Shown here in pieces: positions 1 to 6,928 of a stretch of 15,513 nt of DNA. Numbering within the stretch: the stretch's first letter is position 1; each line of letters starts with the position of its first letter. The DNA is from an uncultured bacterium (GTDB lineage: Bacteria; Spirochaetota; Leptospiria; Turneriellales; Turneriellaceae). The notes beneath the pieces are model-generated. The model did not search any database. It saw only the letters and a list, made by a program, of their open reading frames with translations, and was not told where the DNA came from. The stretch spans positions 1 to 15,513 of the forward strand of contig CALHRC010000079.1 in assembly GCA_938038265.1 (NCBI GenBank). The letters are read 5' to 3'. The translations under genes were made by a program, and so were the position numbers.

Positions 1-20
1 TCCACATCTGTTATGATAAT

Positions 21-83
21 CCATACCCTGTTCAGGAATTCCTGAACAGGGGGACGGTATCACCCCCGGCAGGGGCTGGTTAG
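21..83. repeat. Repeat element copy A. Perfect 22-bp palindrome CTGTTCAGGAATTCCTGAACAG (28-49), then a G5/C5 hairpin (GGGGG-acggtatca-CCCCC) and a CCCC-GGCA-GGGG hairpin, ending GGTTAG.
   Basis: Read directly. The palindrome is its own reverse complement. A near-identical copy lies at 268-327 in direct orientation. Confidence 0.7.
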
Positions 84-170
84 TAACTCAAAACAAATAT
101 AACGTTAGATAGATTTATATTTTGCTATAGTTATGGCACCCCCAGTAGATGGGGAATTCTCCAACAAGTA

Positions 171-223
171 CCGTCCGACAGGGGGTGTCGGATGGCGCTT
201 TTGTCCGACACTTTGTGTCGGAC
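171..223. repeat. Tandem hairpin pair built from four alternating-orientation copies of GTCCGACA/TGTCGGAC. Hairpin 1: CCGTCCGACA-GGGGG-TGTCGGATGG (171-195). Hairpin 2: GTCCGACAC-TTT-GTGTCGGAC (203-223, 9-bp perfect stem).
   Basis: Inverted repeats read directly. No U-run follows, so this is not a typical intrinsic terminator. It looks like a protein-binding-site array or a structured RNA/DNA element. Confidence 0.6.
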
Positions 224-267
224 GCGTCTTTGGCCAAAAAGCCCGCGGGGGTAAGGGATGGGTTTTT

Positions 268-327
268 CCAATCTGTTCAGGAATTCCTGAACAAAACAGA
301 GTTACATCCCCCCAGCAGGGGGCTTAG
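268..327. repeat. Repeat element copy B. Palindrome CTGTTCAGGAATTCCTGAACA (273-293), then a CCCCCC-AGCA-GGGGG hairpin, ending GCTTAG.
   Basis: Direct repeat of 21-83. Palindrome and C/G hairpin are conserved and the spacer has diverged. It is preceded by AGGGATGGGTTTTTCC (254-269), which resembles the 3'-end tandem repeat core. Confidence 0.7.
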
Positions 328-342
328 AACAGCAAAAAATGC

Positions 343-371
343 TTGAACTGCTAAGAAAAGAATCGTATAAT
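343..371 (+). promoter_or_regulatory. Near-consensus sigma70-type promoter: TTGAAC (343-348), 17-bp spacer, TATAAT (366-371).
   Basis: Hexamers and spacing read directly. The predicted transcription start (~377-379) coincides with an ATG at 377. Confidence 0.55.
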
Positions 372-376
372 GTAAT

Positions 377-544
377 ATGGACATAGGAAAAATTGATCCC
401 TATACGGTGCCGGTAAACCAGCCGCAGACAACCCCACCACAGCCACAACCCACAACAGAAAACGAACCCAAAGCCGATGCCGGCAGCAGTGGCGTTACGC
501 CGCCGGTACCTGAGAATATCCCTAAAATAGATTTTTATGCTTAA
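377..544 (+). CDS. Possible leaderless small ORF, 55 aa, Pro/Thr/Gln-rich (MDIGKIDPYTVPVNQPQTTPPQPQPTTENEPKADAGSSGVTPPVPENIPKIDFYA). Alternatively the CA-rich 5' leader of the downstream gene.
   Basis: I translated this myself. It falls below the 60-aa cutoff of the supplied ORF track. The ATG sits 6 nt after the -10 hexamer. It is in the same frame as the 563 ORF and separated from it by a single TAA (542-544). No similarity recognised. Confidence 0.25.
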   Translation: MDIGKIDPYTVPVNQPQTTPPQPQPTTENEPKADAGSSGVTPPVPENIPKIDFYA

Positions 545-562
545 AAAGCCGATATTAATACC

Positions 563-1381
563 ATGGCTGTAGATCAGGCGACCAAAAAAAAATATAACGA
601 TCAAATTGCTGAACAAAAAAAAGAAATCAGCGAATTAGAAAAAGACATCTCTATTTATCGCAAACAAATGCAAGCCAACAAAAAATTAGAGCCATTTTAC
701 CGTTTAGCCATTATTGCCCGTTACCTCAAGCAGGCCAACCTCTATATTGACATGAGTAATCTTTCTGAATCAATGATGAATATTAAAAATAATTCTTATC
801 TTGACTCCGCTAGAAAACTAATTTATAAAATCATTGTTGAAGCCGAAGACATTTTTACTGCAGAAATTGATGAGCCGCTTGACCATAATCGCGAACAGTT
901 GAACGCCGTAAAGCCATTCAATCCGCGCCAGCGCCTGAACCTCTATAAACATATCAAAAAACTAATCCAACGCCTCATTAACGCTTACGGCCAGAATACG
1001 AAATGGCAGTGGTCCTTCCCCGAGTTGTGGAGCAAATCGTCGGTCTTGCTTAAAAATATGACTGATTTTCGTGAAGTGCAATCTATCCGCGACCCCAGAG
1101 AAATCTATTACTACGACCGGCAGGAAATGCTTGAGCTGTTAAAAGAAGACATGTTTAACGCGTCAAATCACTACCGGGACAAATTTGAGCTTTCGACAAA
1201 GTCACCTAATGATATTGTACATGCAATAAAATTGCTCGAAGGCCTGCGGCGGGTTGCTAGTCTTACTGGCGATGATGAATTAGTCAAACGCTGCAAGGCC
1301 GGCATTGAAGCTTATCGCTCACGCATAGAAACTGACGAAAAAAATGATCCCAAGAAAGCGAAAGCAGCCAAGAAAAAATAA
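563..1381 (+). CDS. Hypothetical protein, 272 aa. N-terminal coiled-coil-like K/E-rich region and a C-terminal histone-H1-like lysine/alanine tail (DPKKAKAAKKK).
   Basis: Long ORF with coherent codon usage and no family recognised. Weak or absent Shine-Dalgarno. A9 (584-592) and A8 (615-622) homopolymers lie within the first 20 codons. Confidence 0.6.
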   Translation: MAVDQATKKKYNDQIAEQKKEISELEKDISIYRKQMQANKKLEPFYRLAIIARYLKQANLYIDMSNLSESMMNIKNNSYLDSARKLIYKIIVEAEDIFTAEIDEPLDHNREQLNAVKPFNPRQRLNLYKHIKKLIQRLINAYGQNTKWQWSFPELWSKSSVLLKNMTDFREVQSIRDPREIYYYDRQEMLELLKEDMFNASNHYRDKFELSTKSPNDIVHAIKLLEGLRRVASLTGDDELVKRCKAGIEAYRSRIETDEKNDPKKAKAAKKK

Positions 1382-1459
1382 AGCAGCCGCTTCAGGCAGG
1401 ATGGAGCTTGCGGTACATAATTCTCGCCATTTCACACGATACTCTATATATTTTCAAAA

Positions 1460-1702
1460 GTGCCGCAGCTTGTTCTCTACCATTTTGACTCCTGTCCGTA
1501 CTGTCTGAAAGTCAGACGGTACCTGGAGCAGAATAACATAACCATAACCATGAAAAACACCATGACCGATCTTGGCGCGCGGGCAGAATTGTTACGCATT
1601 GGCGGTAAAACCCAGGTTCCCTGCCTTGTGATTGACGGCAAAGCCCTCTATGAATCCGATGACATCATTCAATGGTTTCAGGAGAATTACCAGCATGTTT
1701 GA
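1460..1702 (+). CDS. Glutaredoxin (classical dithiol CPYC active site), 80 aa. GTG start inferred.
   Basis: CPYC motif, TQVP and G..D elements of the glutaredoxin/thioredoxin fold. Overlaps the next gene by 8 bp (ATGTTTGA). Confidence 0.7.
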   Translation: MPQLVLYHFDSCPYCLKVRRYLEQNNITITMKNTMTDLGARAELLRIGGKTQVPCLVIDGKALYESDDIIQWFQENYQHV

Positions 1703-1964
1703 AGCGTTATACCGGGCGATAGAAAAAGCCATAACCGACGCGCTGCCCGGTGCCGAGGTACATATCCATGATCCAATGAACGATGGAGCTCACCTGCAGG
1801 CCCTGGTAATTGCAGAACAGTTCCGGGGCATCCCGCTGGTAAAACAGCACAAAATGGTCATGAGCGCGGTCGCCAATCTGATGGAGGCCCGGGTACACTC
1901 TTTGGGTTTAAAAACTTTTACTCCCGAAAAATGGGAAGTTGAAAAAAAAGACTATATAATGTAA
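1695..1964 (+). CDS. BolA/IbaG (YrbA)-family protein, 89 aa.
   Basis: Family-like sequence (HLQALVIAEQFRGIPLVKQHKMV...LKTFTPEKW), compared with E. coli IbaG from memory. Start ATG 1695 is chosen over the track's 1632 because of a GGAG at 1681-1684 and the 8-bp overlap with the grx stop. BolA-Grx partnership is established biology. Confidence 0.75.
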   Translation: MFEALYRAIEKAITDALPGAEVHIHDPMNDGAHLQALVIAEQFRGIPLVKQHKMVMSAVANLMEARVHSLGLKTFTPEKWEVEKKDYIM

Positions 1965-1979
1965 TCACAGGAGTTTAAT

Positions 1980-2294
1980 GTGAGCCTTGAAAACGTAAAA
2001 CAGCAAATTGAGCAGGATGTAAAAAATAATAAAATTATACTCTACATGAAAGGTGACAAAGATATGCCGCGTTGCGGATTTTCCGCTCGGGTCGTCGATA
2101 TATTAAACCATTACGGCGTTGAGTTTGCTACCCGCGATGTACTGAAAAGCGAAGAGTTGCGTCAGGCAATTAAGGAATATTCCGATTGGCCCACCCTGCC
2201 CCAGCTTTATGTTAACGGGGAATTTATCGGCGGCTGCGACATTGTCACGGAACTGCACCAGAACGGGGAACTAAAGGCGCTGTTGGGCGCCTGA
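1980..2294 (+). CDS. grxD: Monothiol glutaredoxin Grx4/GrxD (CGFS type), 104 aa.
   Basis: CGFS active site and N-terminus collinear with E. coli GrxD (ILLYMKG...P.CGFS). GTG start at 1980 with AGGAG 6 nt upstream. Confidence 0.9.
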   Translation: MSLENVKQQIEQDVKNNKIILYMKGDKDMPRCGFSARVVDILNHYGVEFATRDVLKSEELRQAIKEYSDWPTLPQLYVNGEFIGGCDIVTELHQNGELKALLGA

Positions 2295-2296
2295 GT

Positions 2297-3535
2297 ATGT
2301 TTCTTGCCGATAAAATTTCCGATGTTGCTCTAAGCAGAGCTGAAGCCTGGCTTGAGCAGCAGGAACAAACCGTTACTCTGCCCTTGTACCTCTCAACGGA
2401 TATAAGAGATGCTGGTTTCAAGGCCATGCCGATTGATGCTAACTTGTTTCCGGCAGGTTTCAACAACCTGCATTTAGACGATCATCCTTTTGCTGCTCTC
2501 GTCATAAAAAACGCCCTGATGTCGCGCAAAGCGGATATCCGCCGGGTGCTGGTTATCATGGAAGAGCATTCCAGAAATCTTTGGTATCTGGAAAACATCG
2601 CTGTGTTACGTGACCTGATTCTTGCTGGCAAAATCGAGGTAGATGTCACGACCCCCACAGACCTATCCGATGTCACTTACACCGACGGGAAAGCGACCCT
2701 GCTGACTGCCCGAGGGAAAAGTCTTGAAGTAAGACAAATCACATATTGCCAAAACGACGCCTATGATCTGGGAATTTTAAACAACGATTTGATGAACGGC
2801 ATTCCCGACTCTTTGCGGAACCTGCCCTTTCCGATCTGTCCATCCCCCCGCCTTGGCTGGCACTCGCGCTTGAAGTCATCGCACTTTAGCTATTACAATC
2901 GTATAGCTGCAGATTTAGCTAACCTAATGGAAATTGACCCTTGGGAGATCACAGGAGCGGCAAGCAGAGTAGCCGATGTCGATATCAACCTTGATTCCGA
3001 TCGGGAGATTATAGCACAGAGTGCGGCAATACTGCTTGAACAGATTGAACAGAAATACCGGGAGCGCAACATTAACGCCAAACCTTTCGGCTTTCTTAAA
3101 GCTGACTATGGCACTTATGGCATGGGATTGATCCCTTTTGAGTCACCCGATGATATTCGTTTTATGAACCGCAAGACACGTAACCGACTTTTCAAGGGTA
3201 AAGGGTCACGGGAGATCCACGCCTACCTGCTACAGGAAGGAATTCCCAACACATTGAAATACAATGGCTATACTGCTGAAGTCTGCGTTTACCAGAGCGA
3301 CCGTCATCCGATTGGGCAATTTCTGCGCTACAATACGGAAAAATCAGAGCGCGAAAACTTGAACAGTACGGGAATGCACTTTTTGCCGTTCAGCGCCCGG
3401 CAGTCACCAATCTCTGCAAGACACCTGCGCTTCTATTACATTCTTACGAAAACCGCAATGCTGGCAGCTTCACATGAAGCACAGGCTGCGGCCATTACAG
3501 GGTGTGGCCGACATGAACTTTCTCTATCTTATTGA
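2297..3535 (+). CDS. gshA: Glutamate-cysteine ligase, short (~410 aa) proteobacterial family (the 'T. ferrooxidans-type' GshA, as I recall it), 412 aa.
   Basis: Not the 518-aa E. coli-type GshA. The call rests on size, on its position immediately upstream of and overlapping gshB, and on my recollection that this short GshA family typically sits adjacent to gshB. Needs an HMM search to confirm. Confidence 0.55.
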   Translation: MFLADKISDVALSRAEAWLEQQEQTVTLPLYLSTDIRDAGFKAMPIDANLFPAGFNNLHLDDHPFAALVIKNALMSRKADIRRVLVIMEEHSRNLWYLENIAVLRDLILAGKIEVDVTTPTDLSDVTYTDGKATLLTARGKSLEVRQITYCQNDAYDLGILNNDLMNGIPDSLRNLPFPICPSPRLGWHSRLKSSHFSYYNRIAADLANLMEIDPWEITGAASRVADVDINLDSDREIIAQSAAILLEQIEQKYRERNINAKPFGFLKADYGTYGMGLIPFESPDDIRFMNRKTRNRLFKGKGSREIHAYLLQEGIPNTLKYNGYTAEVCVYQSDRHPIGQFLRYNTEKSERENLNSTGMHFLPFSARQSPISARHLRFYYILTKTAMLAASHEAQAAAITGCGRHELSLSY

Positions 3536-4469
3536 TCCCTTAGAGACACTCCACCCCAAAAAAGACACCTCGCTGGCCCTAATGGCCGCCGCAACCGAAA
3601 AAGGTCACTCGGTTTATTGGCTGACCTGGCGGGAACTTTCTCTCGTTTCAGGCAACCTAATGTTTCATGCGCATGAAGTGAAAGTAAAAATCGCCGGCGA
3701 GTATGCACAGGCAGAATCAGGCGCTGCTCGTTTGCTACCAGCGCATGAGGTGGATGTATTTTTTATTAGAACTGATCCACCCTTTGACCTGAATTACCTC
3801 ACCCATATGTGGCTACTCGAATACCTGCCAAGCAAAACCGTTATTTTAAATGAGCCGGCAGGCTTGCGAACCGTAAACGAAAAAATTTTTGCCGCACGCT
3901 ATCGCTCTATAGTGCCCGATACGGTAATCACTGCCGATAAGAACCTATACCGAGAATTTCTCAACCGGCATGGCCACATTGTCGCCAAACCGGCCACTGG
4001 CTTTGGTGGCTCAGCAGTATTTTTAGTACGTCGGGGCGACAGCAACGCCATGGTTATCTTTGAGTCACTTACCCGCAATGGTGAATTTGTCATTTTACAG
4101 GAATATCTGCCTGCTGCTGCCCAAGGCGACAAACGCATTTTGCTGCTGGGCGGCGAAATTCTCGGCGCAGTACTTCGGCTGCATGCAGATGAAGATCACC
4201 GCAATAATTTTGCCGCTGGCGGCAGCGCCCAACCCACCGAAATCACGCCCCGAGACAAAGAAATTATATCCCTCATAAAAGACGATTTGCTGAAACTGGG
4301 GCTTCATTTTGTCGGCATCGACATTATTGGCAGTTCACTGGTAGAAATCAACGTTACCTCACCTACTTGCCTGCGTGAAATAAACACATTGACAGGCAAG
4401 CGTCATGAATTTAACGTTATTGACTATGTAGAAGAGTTATGCAAAAAACGCGCAGAAAAAAATAAATAA
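3513..4469 (+). CDS. gshB: Glutathione synthetase (prokaryotic ATP-grasp GshB), 318 aa.
   Basis: N-terminus MNFLYLIDPLETLHPKKDTSLALM aligns with E. coli GshB MIKLGIVMDPIANINIKKDSSFAML. Start taken at ATG 3513 rather than the track's 3474. Overlaps gshA by 23 bp. Confidence 0.85.
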   Translation: MNFLYLIDPLETLHPKKDTSLALMAAATEKGHSVYWLTWRELSLVSGNLMFHAHEVKVKIAGEYAQAESGAARLLPAHEVDVFFIRTDPPFDLNYLTHMWLLEYLPSKTVILNEPAGLRTVNEKIFAARYRSIVPDTVITADKNLYREFLNRHGHIVAKPATGFGGSAVFLVRRGDSNAMVIFESLTRNGEFVILQEYLPAAAQGDKRILLLGGEILGAVLRLHADEDHRNNFAAGGSAQPTEITPRDKEIISLIKDDLLKLGLHFVGIDIIGSSLVEINVTSPTCLREINTLTGKRHEFNVIDYVEELCKKRAEKNK

Positions 4470-4478
4470 GGAGTCAAG

Positions 4479-5138
4479 ATGGCGACAAAATACAAACTAA
4501 TCAGTTTCAAATTATGTCCTTTTGTGCAACGATCGGTCATTACCTTGAACATGAAACAAGTTCCCTATGAGATTGAGTACATTGACCTGAAAAACAAACC
4601 AGAATGGTTTCTAAAAATTTCGCCGTCGGGAAAAGTCCCTGTTTTGTTGGTAGGCAATGAGGTACTGTTTGAATCAGCAATCATCAATGAATATCTTGAC
4701 GAAGTAAATCCACCCTCACTGCACCCAAAAGACCCCTTGAGAAAAGCACGTAACCGCGCCTGGATTGAATTCTCCTCAGGATTATTTACTCTGTTTTTTC
4801 AACAAGCGCACGCTAAAACAGAAAATGAATTTAACGAGAGAACCAGCGCAATTCTTTCAGGGATGCAAAAACTTGAGGAGCAAATCGTGCTGCCTTTTTT
4901 TAACGGAACTGAATTTAACTTGATCGACGCGGCAATTGCCCCAATGCTGGGTCGGTTTCAATATATAAAAAAATATATCCCATTTGATTATTTTGAGGGC
5001 ACCCCCAAGATGAAACAATATGCAGAGCGCTTAGAGCAACTACCGGAAATACGCAGCAGCCTTTTACCCGAAGTTCCTGCAGAGTTTATCGATTACATGA
5101 AGCATACCGGGGGCTATATGGCCCAGTGGTTTCAATAA
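4479..5138 (+). CDS. Glutathione S-transferase family protein (thioredoxin-like N-domain with CPFVQR, Grx2/omega-like), 219 aa.
   Basis: GST N-terminal fold signatures (KLISFKLCPF..R, VP.L, ES..I.EYL). AGGAG Shine-Dalgarno 8 nt upstream. Confidence 0.8.
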   Translation: MATKYKLISFKLCPFVQRSVITLNMKQVPYEIEYIDLKNKPEWFLKISPSGKVPVLLVGNEVLFESAIINEYLDEVNPPSLHPKDPLRKARNRAWIEFSSGLFTLFFQQAHAKTENEFNERTSAILSGMQKLEEQIVLPFFNGTEFNLIDAAIAPMLGRFQYIKKYIPFDYFEGTPKMKQYAERLEQLPEIRSSLLPEVPAEFIDYMKHTGGYMAQWFQ

Positions 5139-5139
5139 T

Positions 5140-6057
5140 ATGCTGGCACTCGAAATAGCTAACCTCAAAAAAACTTACACGGGCGGTCAAACGGCACTTA
5201 AAGGCATAAGCCTAACGGTAAAAAAGGGGGATTTCTTCGCCCTGCTTGGCCCTAATGGAGCAGGAAAATCCACCCTGATCTCGATTTTAACTTCGCTGAC
5301 TCTCAAAGATTCAGGTACTGTAAAAATATGCGACATTGACATCGACAAAAATTTTGCCGAAGCCCGCCGCCGACTCGGCGTGGTACCGCAGGAATTTAAT
5401 TTTAATATCTTTGAAAAGGTCGCACAGATTGTACAAAATCAAGCAGGCTACTACGGAATTCCCCGCCGTCTCGCCCGTGAAAGAACAGAAATGGTACTGC
5501 GCCAGCTTGAGCTGTGGGAGAAACGCAATGTGCAGGGGCGTATGCTATCGGGGGGGATGAAACGGCGCCTAATGATTGCCCGCGCTTTGGTACACCAGCC
5601 GGAAGTGCTTATTCTCGATGAACCGACAGCCGGAGTGGATATTGAACTGCGACGTCAGATGTGGAATTTTTTGCAACAACTCAACTGCACAGGTACCACT
5701 ATCATCTTAACAACTCATTATCTCGAAGAAGCTGAACAACTCTGCCGTAATATTGCCATCATTAACCAAGGAGAAATTATTGCCAATACCGACAAGAAAT
5801 CATTGCTTAGCATGCTTGATACCAACACTCTGGTGCTTGAACTAGCAAAACCACTCAAGAAAGCGCCGGTCATTCAAAATGCACAATCGGTACTCAGCGA
5901 CAGCCAGACACTGGAACTTACCTTCAGCTCCCGAATACCGGTTAGCAAAATTTTGTACCATCTTGAAACCCAGAAAATTTCTTTCACTGGAATAAGAAAC
6001 AAGACAAATCGTCTGGAAGAATTATTTGTCCGTCTTACTGCAAAGAGAGCATCATGA
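5140..6057 (+). CDS. ABC transporter ATP-binding protein (ABC-2 exporter ATPase, YadG-like), 305 aa.
   Basis: Walker A GPNGAGKST, signature LSGGMKRRL, Walker B ILDEPTAGVD. The ATG lies 1 nt after the GST stop. Confidence 0.9.
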   Translation: MLALEIANLKKTYTGGQTALKGISLTVKKGDFFALLGPNGAGKSTLISILTSLTLKDSGTVKICDIDIDKNFAEARRRLGVVPQEFNFNIFEKVAQIVQNQAGYYGIPRRLARERTEMVLRQLELWEKRNVQGRMLSGGMKRRLMIARALVHQPEVLILDEPTAGVDIELRRQMWNFLQQLNCTGTTIILTTHYLEEAEQLCRNIAIINQGEIIANTDKKSLLSMLDTNTLVLELAKPLKKAPVIQNAQSVLSDSQTLELTFSSRIPVSKILYHLETQKISFTGIRNKTNRLEELFVRLTAKRAS

Positions 6058-6839
6058 ACGACCGAACAAACCGCAAAGCTGAATGGATTGCCTTCTATAC
6101 CATTATCCGAAAGGAAGTCCAGCGCATTATTCGCATTTGGAGCCAGACCCTGCTGCCATCGGTGATCACCACAACGCTGTATTTTCTGATTTTTGGCAAT
6201 TTGATGGGCAGCAGAGTAGGCAATCTAGGGGGATTTCCCTATAGTGATTTCATCGCTCCGGGGCTTGTCATGATGTCAATTATTACCAATTCTTATGGGA
6301 ACGTCTCATCCTCTTTCTTTGGAGCAAAATTTTCCCGCAGTATTGAAGAGTTGTTGGTCTCACCGGTCAGTGAGCATACGATTATCTTGGGTTATATGAC
6401 AGGCGGTATCTTTCGCGGACTCATGGTAGGAATTCTTGTTTCAAGCGTAGCACTGTTCTTTACCAATCCGGTTGTCACTCATCCGGTTCTGGCAGTCATA
6501 CTAACTCTGCTGGTCTCCTCCCTGTTCTCTCTCGCCGGACTACTCAATGCCCTTAAAGCAAGAAATTTTGACGACATTAGTATTATTCCCACATTCATAC
6601 TTACGCCACTGACTTACCTGGGGGGTGTTTTCTACTCAGTTCACATGCTGCCCGACTTCTGGCGTTTTGTCTCTTACGCAAATCCCATACTATATATGGT
6701 CTCTGTATTCCGGTTTGCTTTTCTGGGAGCAAGTGACATCCCCCCCTGGCCAGCTCTGTTACTGCTCATCACCCTTACCCTGGCTCTCTATGGGGTCTGC
6801 TGGTTCTTGGTACGCTGGGGTAAAGGTCTGCGTAATTGA
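6054..6839 (+). CDS. ABC-2 type transporter permease (YadH-like), 261 aa, multi-pass membrane protein.
   Basis: Six hydrophobic segments. ATGA start/stop overlap with the ATPase gene. Confidence 0.8.
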   Translation: MNDRTNRKAEWIAFYTIIRKEVQRIIRIWSQTLLPSVITTTLYFLIFGNLMGSRVGNLGGFPYSDFIAPGLVMMSIITNSYGNVSSSFFGAKFSRSIEELLVSPVSEHTIILGYMTGGIFRGLMVGILVSSVALFFTNPVVTHPVLAVILTLLVSSLFSLAGLLNALKARNFDDISIIPTFILTPLTYLGGVFYSVHMLPDFWRFVSYANPILYMVSVFRFAFLGASDIPPWPALLLLITLTLALYGVCWFLVRWGKGLRN

Positions 6840-6870
6840 TAGCAGAGCGTAAAAAAAGTATGCAAATTCC

Positions 6871-6905
6871 TTGACATACCCGCAGGTTATAATATCATTG
6901 CGGGA
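6871..6905 (+). promoter_or_regulatory. Promoter-like region: perfect TTGACA (6871-6876) and perfect TATAAT (6888-6893) only 11 bp apart, embedded in an inverted repeat CCCGCA(6879-6884)...TGCGGG(6899-6904).
   Basis: Read directly. The spacing is non-canonical for sigma70. The palindrome straddles the -10, which suggests an operator. It lies 24-58 nt upstream of the SPFH gene, which has a GAGGT Shine-Dalgarno at 6917-6921. Confidence 0.35.
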
Positions 6906-6928
6906 TAATCCATTTATGAGGTAACCCA

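Noticed and set aside
203-223. 9-bp perfect-stem hairpin as a Rho-independent terminator
   Set aside because: No U-run follows on either strand. It is part of a four-copy GTCCGACA dyad array, so a binding or structural role is more likely.
133-346. Two overlapping plus-strand ORFs (64 and 65 aa) inside the hairpin array
   Set aside because: They lie entirely within palindromic and repeat DNA. Stop-free frames are expected in GC-rich dyads. Two frames are open over the same DNA, which argues against either being real.
302-616. 104-aa minus-strand ORF spanning the promoter and CA-rich tract
   Set aside because: It is antisense to a strongly CA-rich stretch, which gives a W/C/G/L-rich nonsense composition. 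It overlaps a consensus promoter and the start of a better ORF on the other strand, and has no start context.
1632-1694. Longer BolA-family ORF start at 1632
   Set aside because: The extra 21 residues are read out of frame through the glutaredoxin C-terminus. ATG 1695 has a GGAG at the right distance and gives a family-typical 89-aa protein.
3474-3512. Upstream start (MKHRLRP...) for gshB given by the ORF track
   Set aside because: Alignment with E. coli GshB begins at MNFLYLIDP (3513). The extra 13 residues overlap gshA further and have no homology support.
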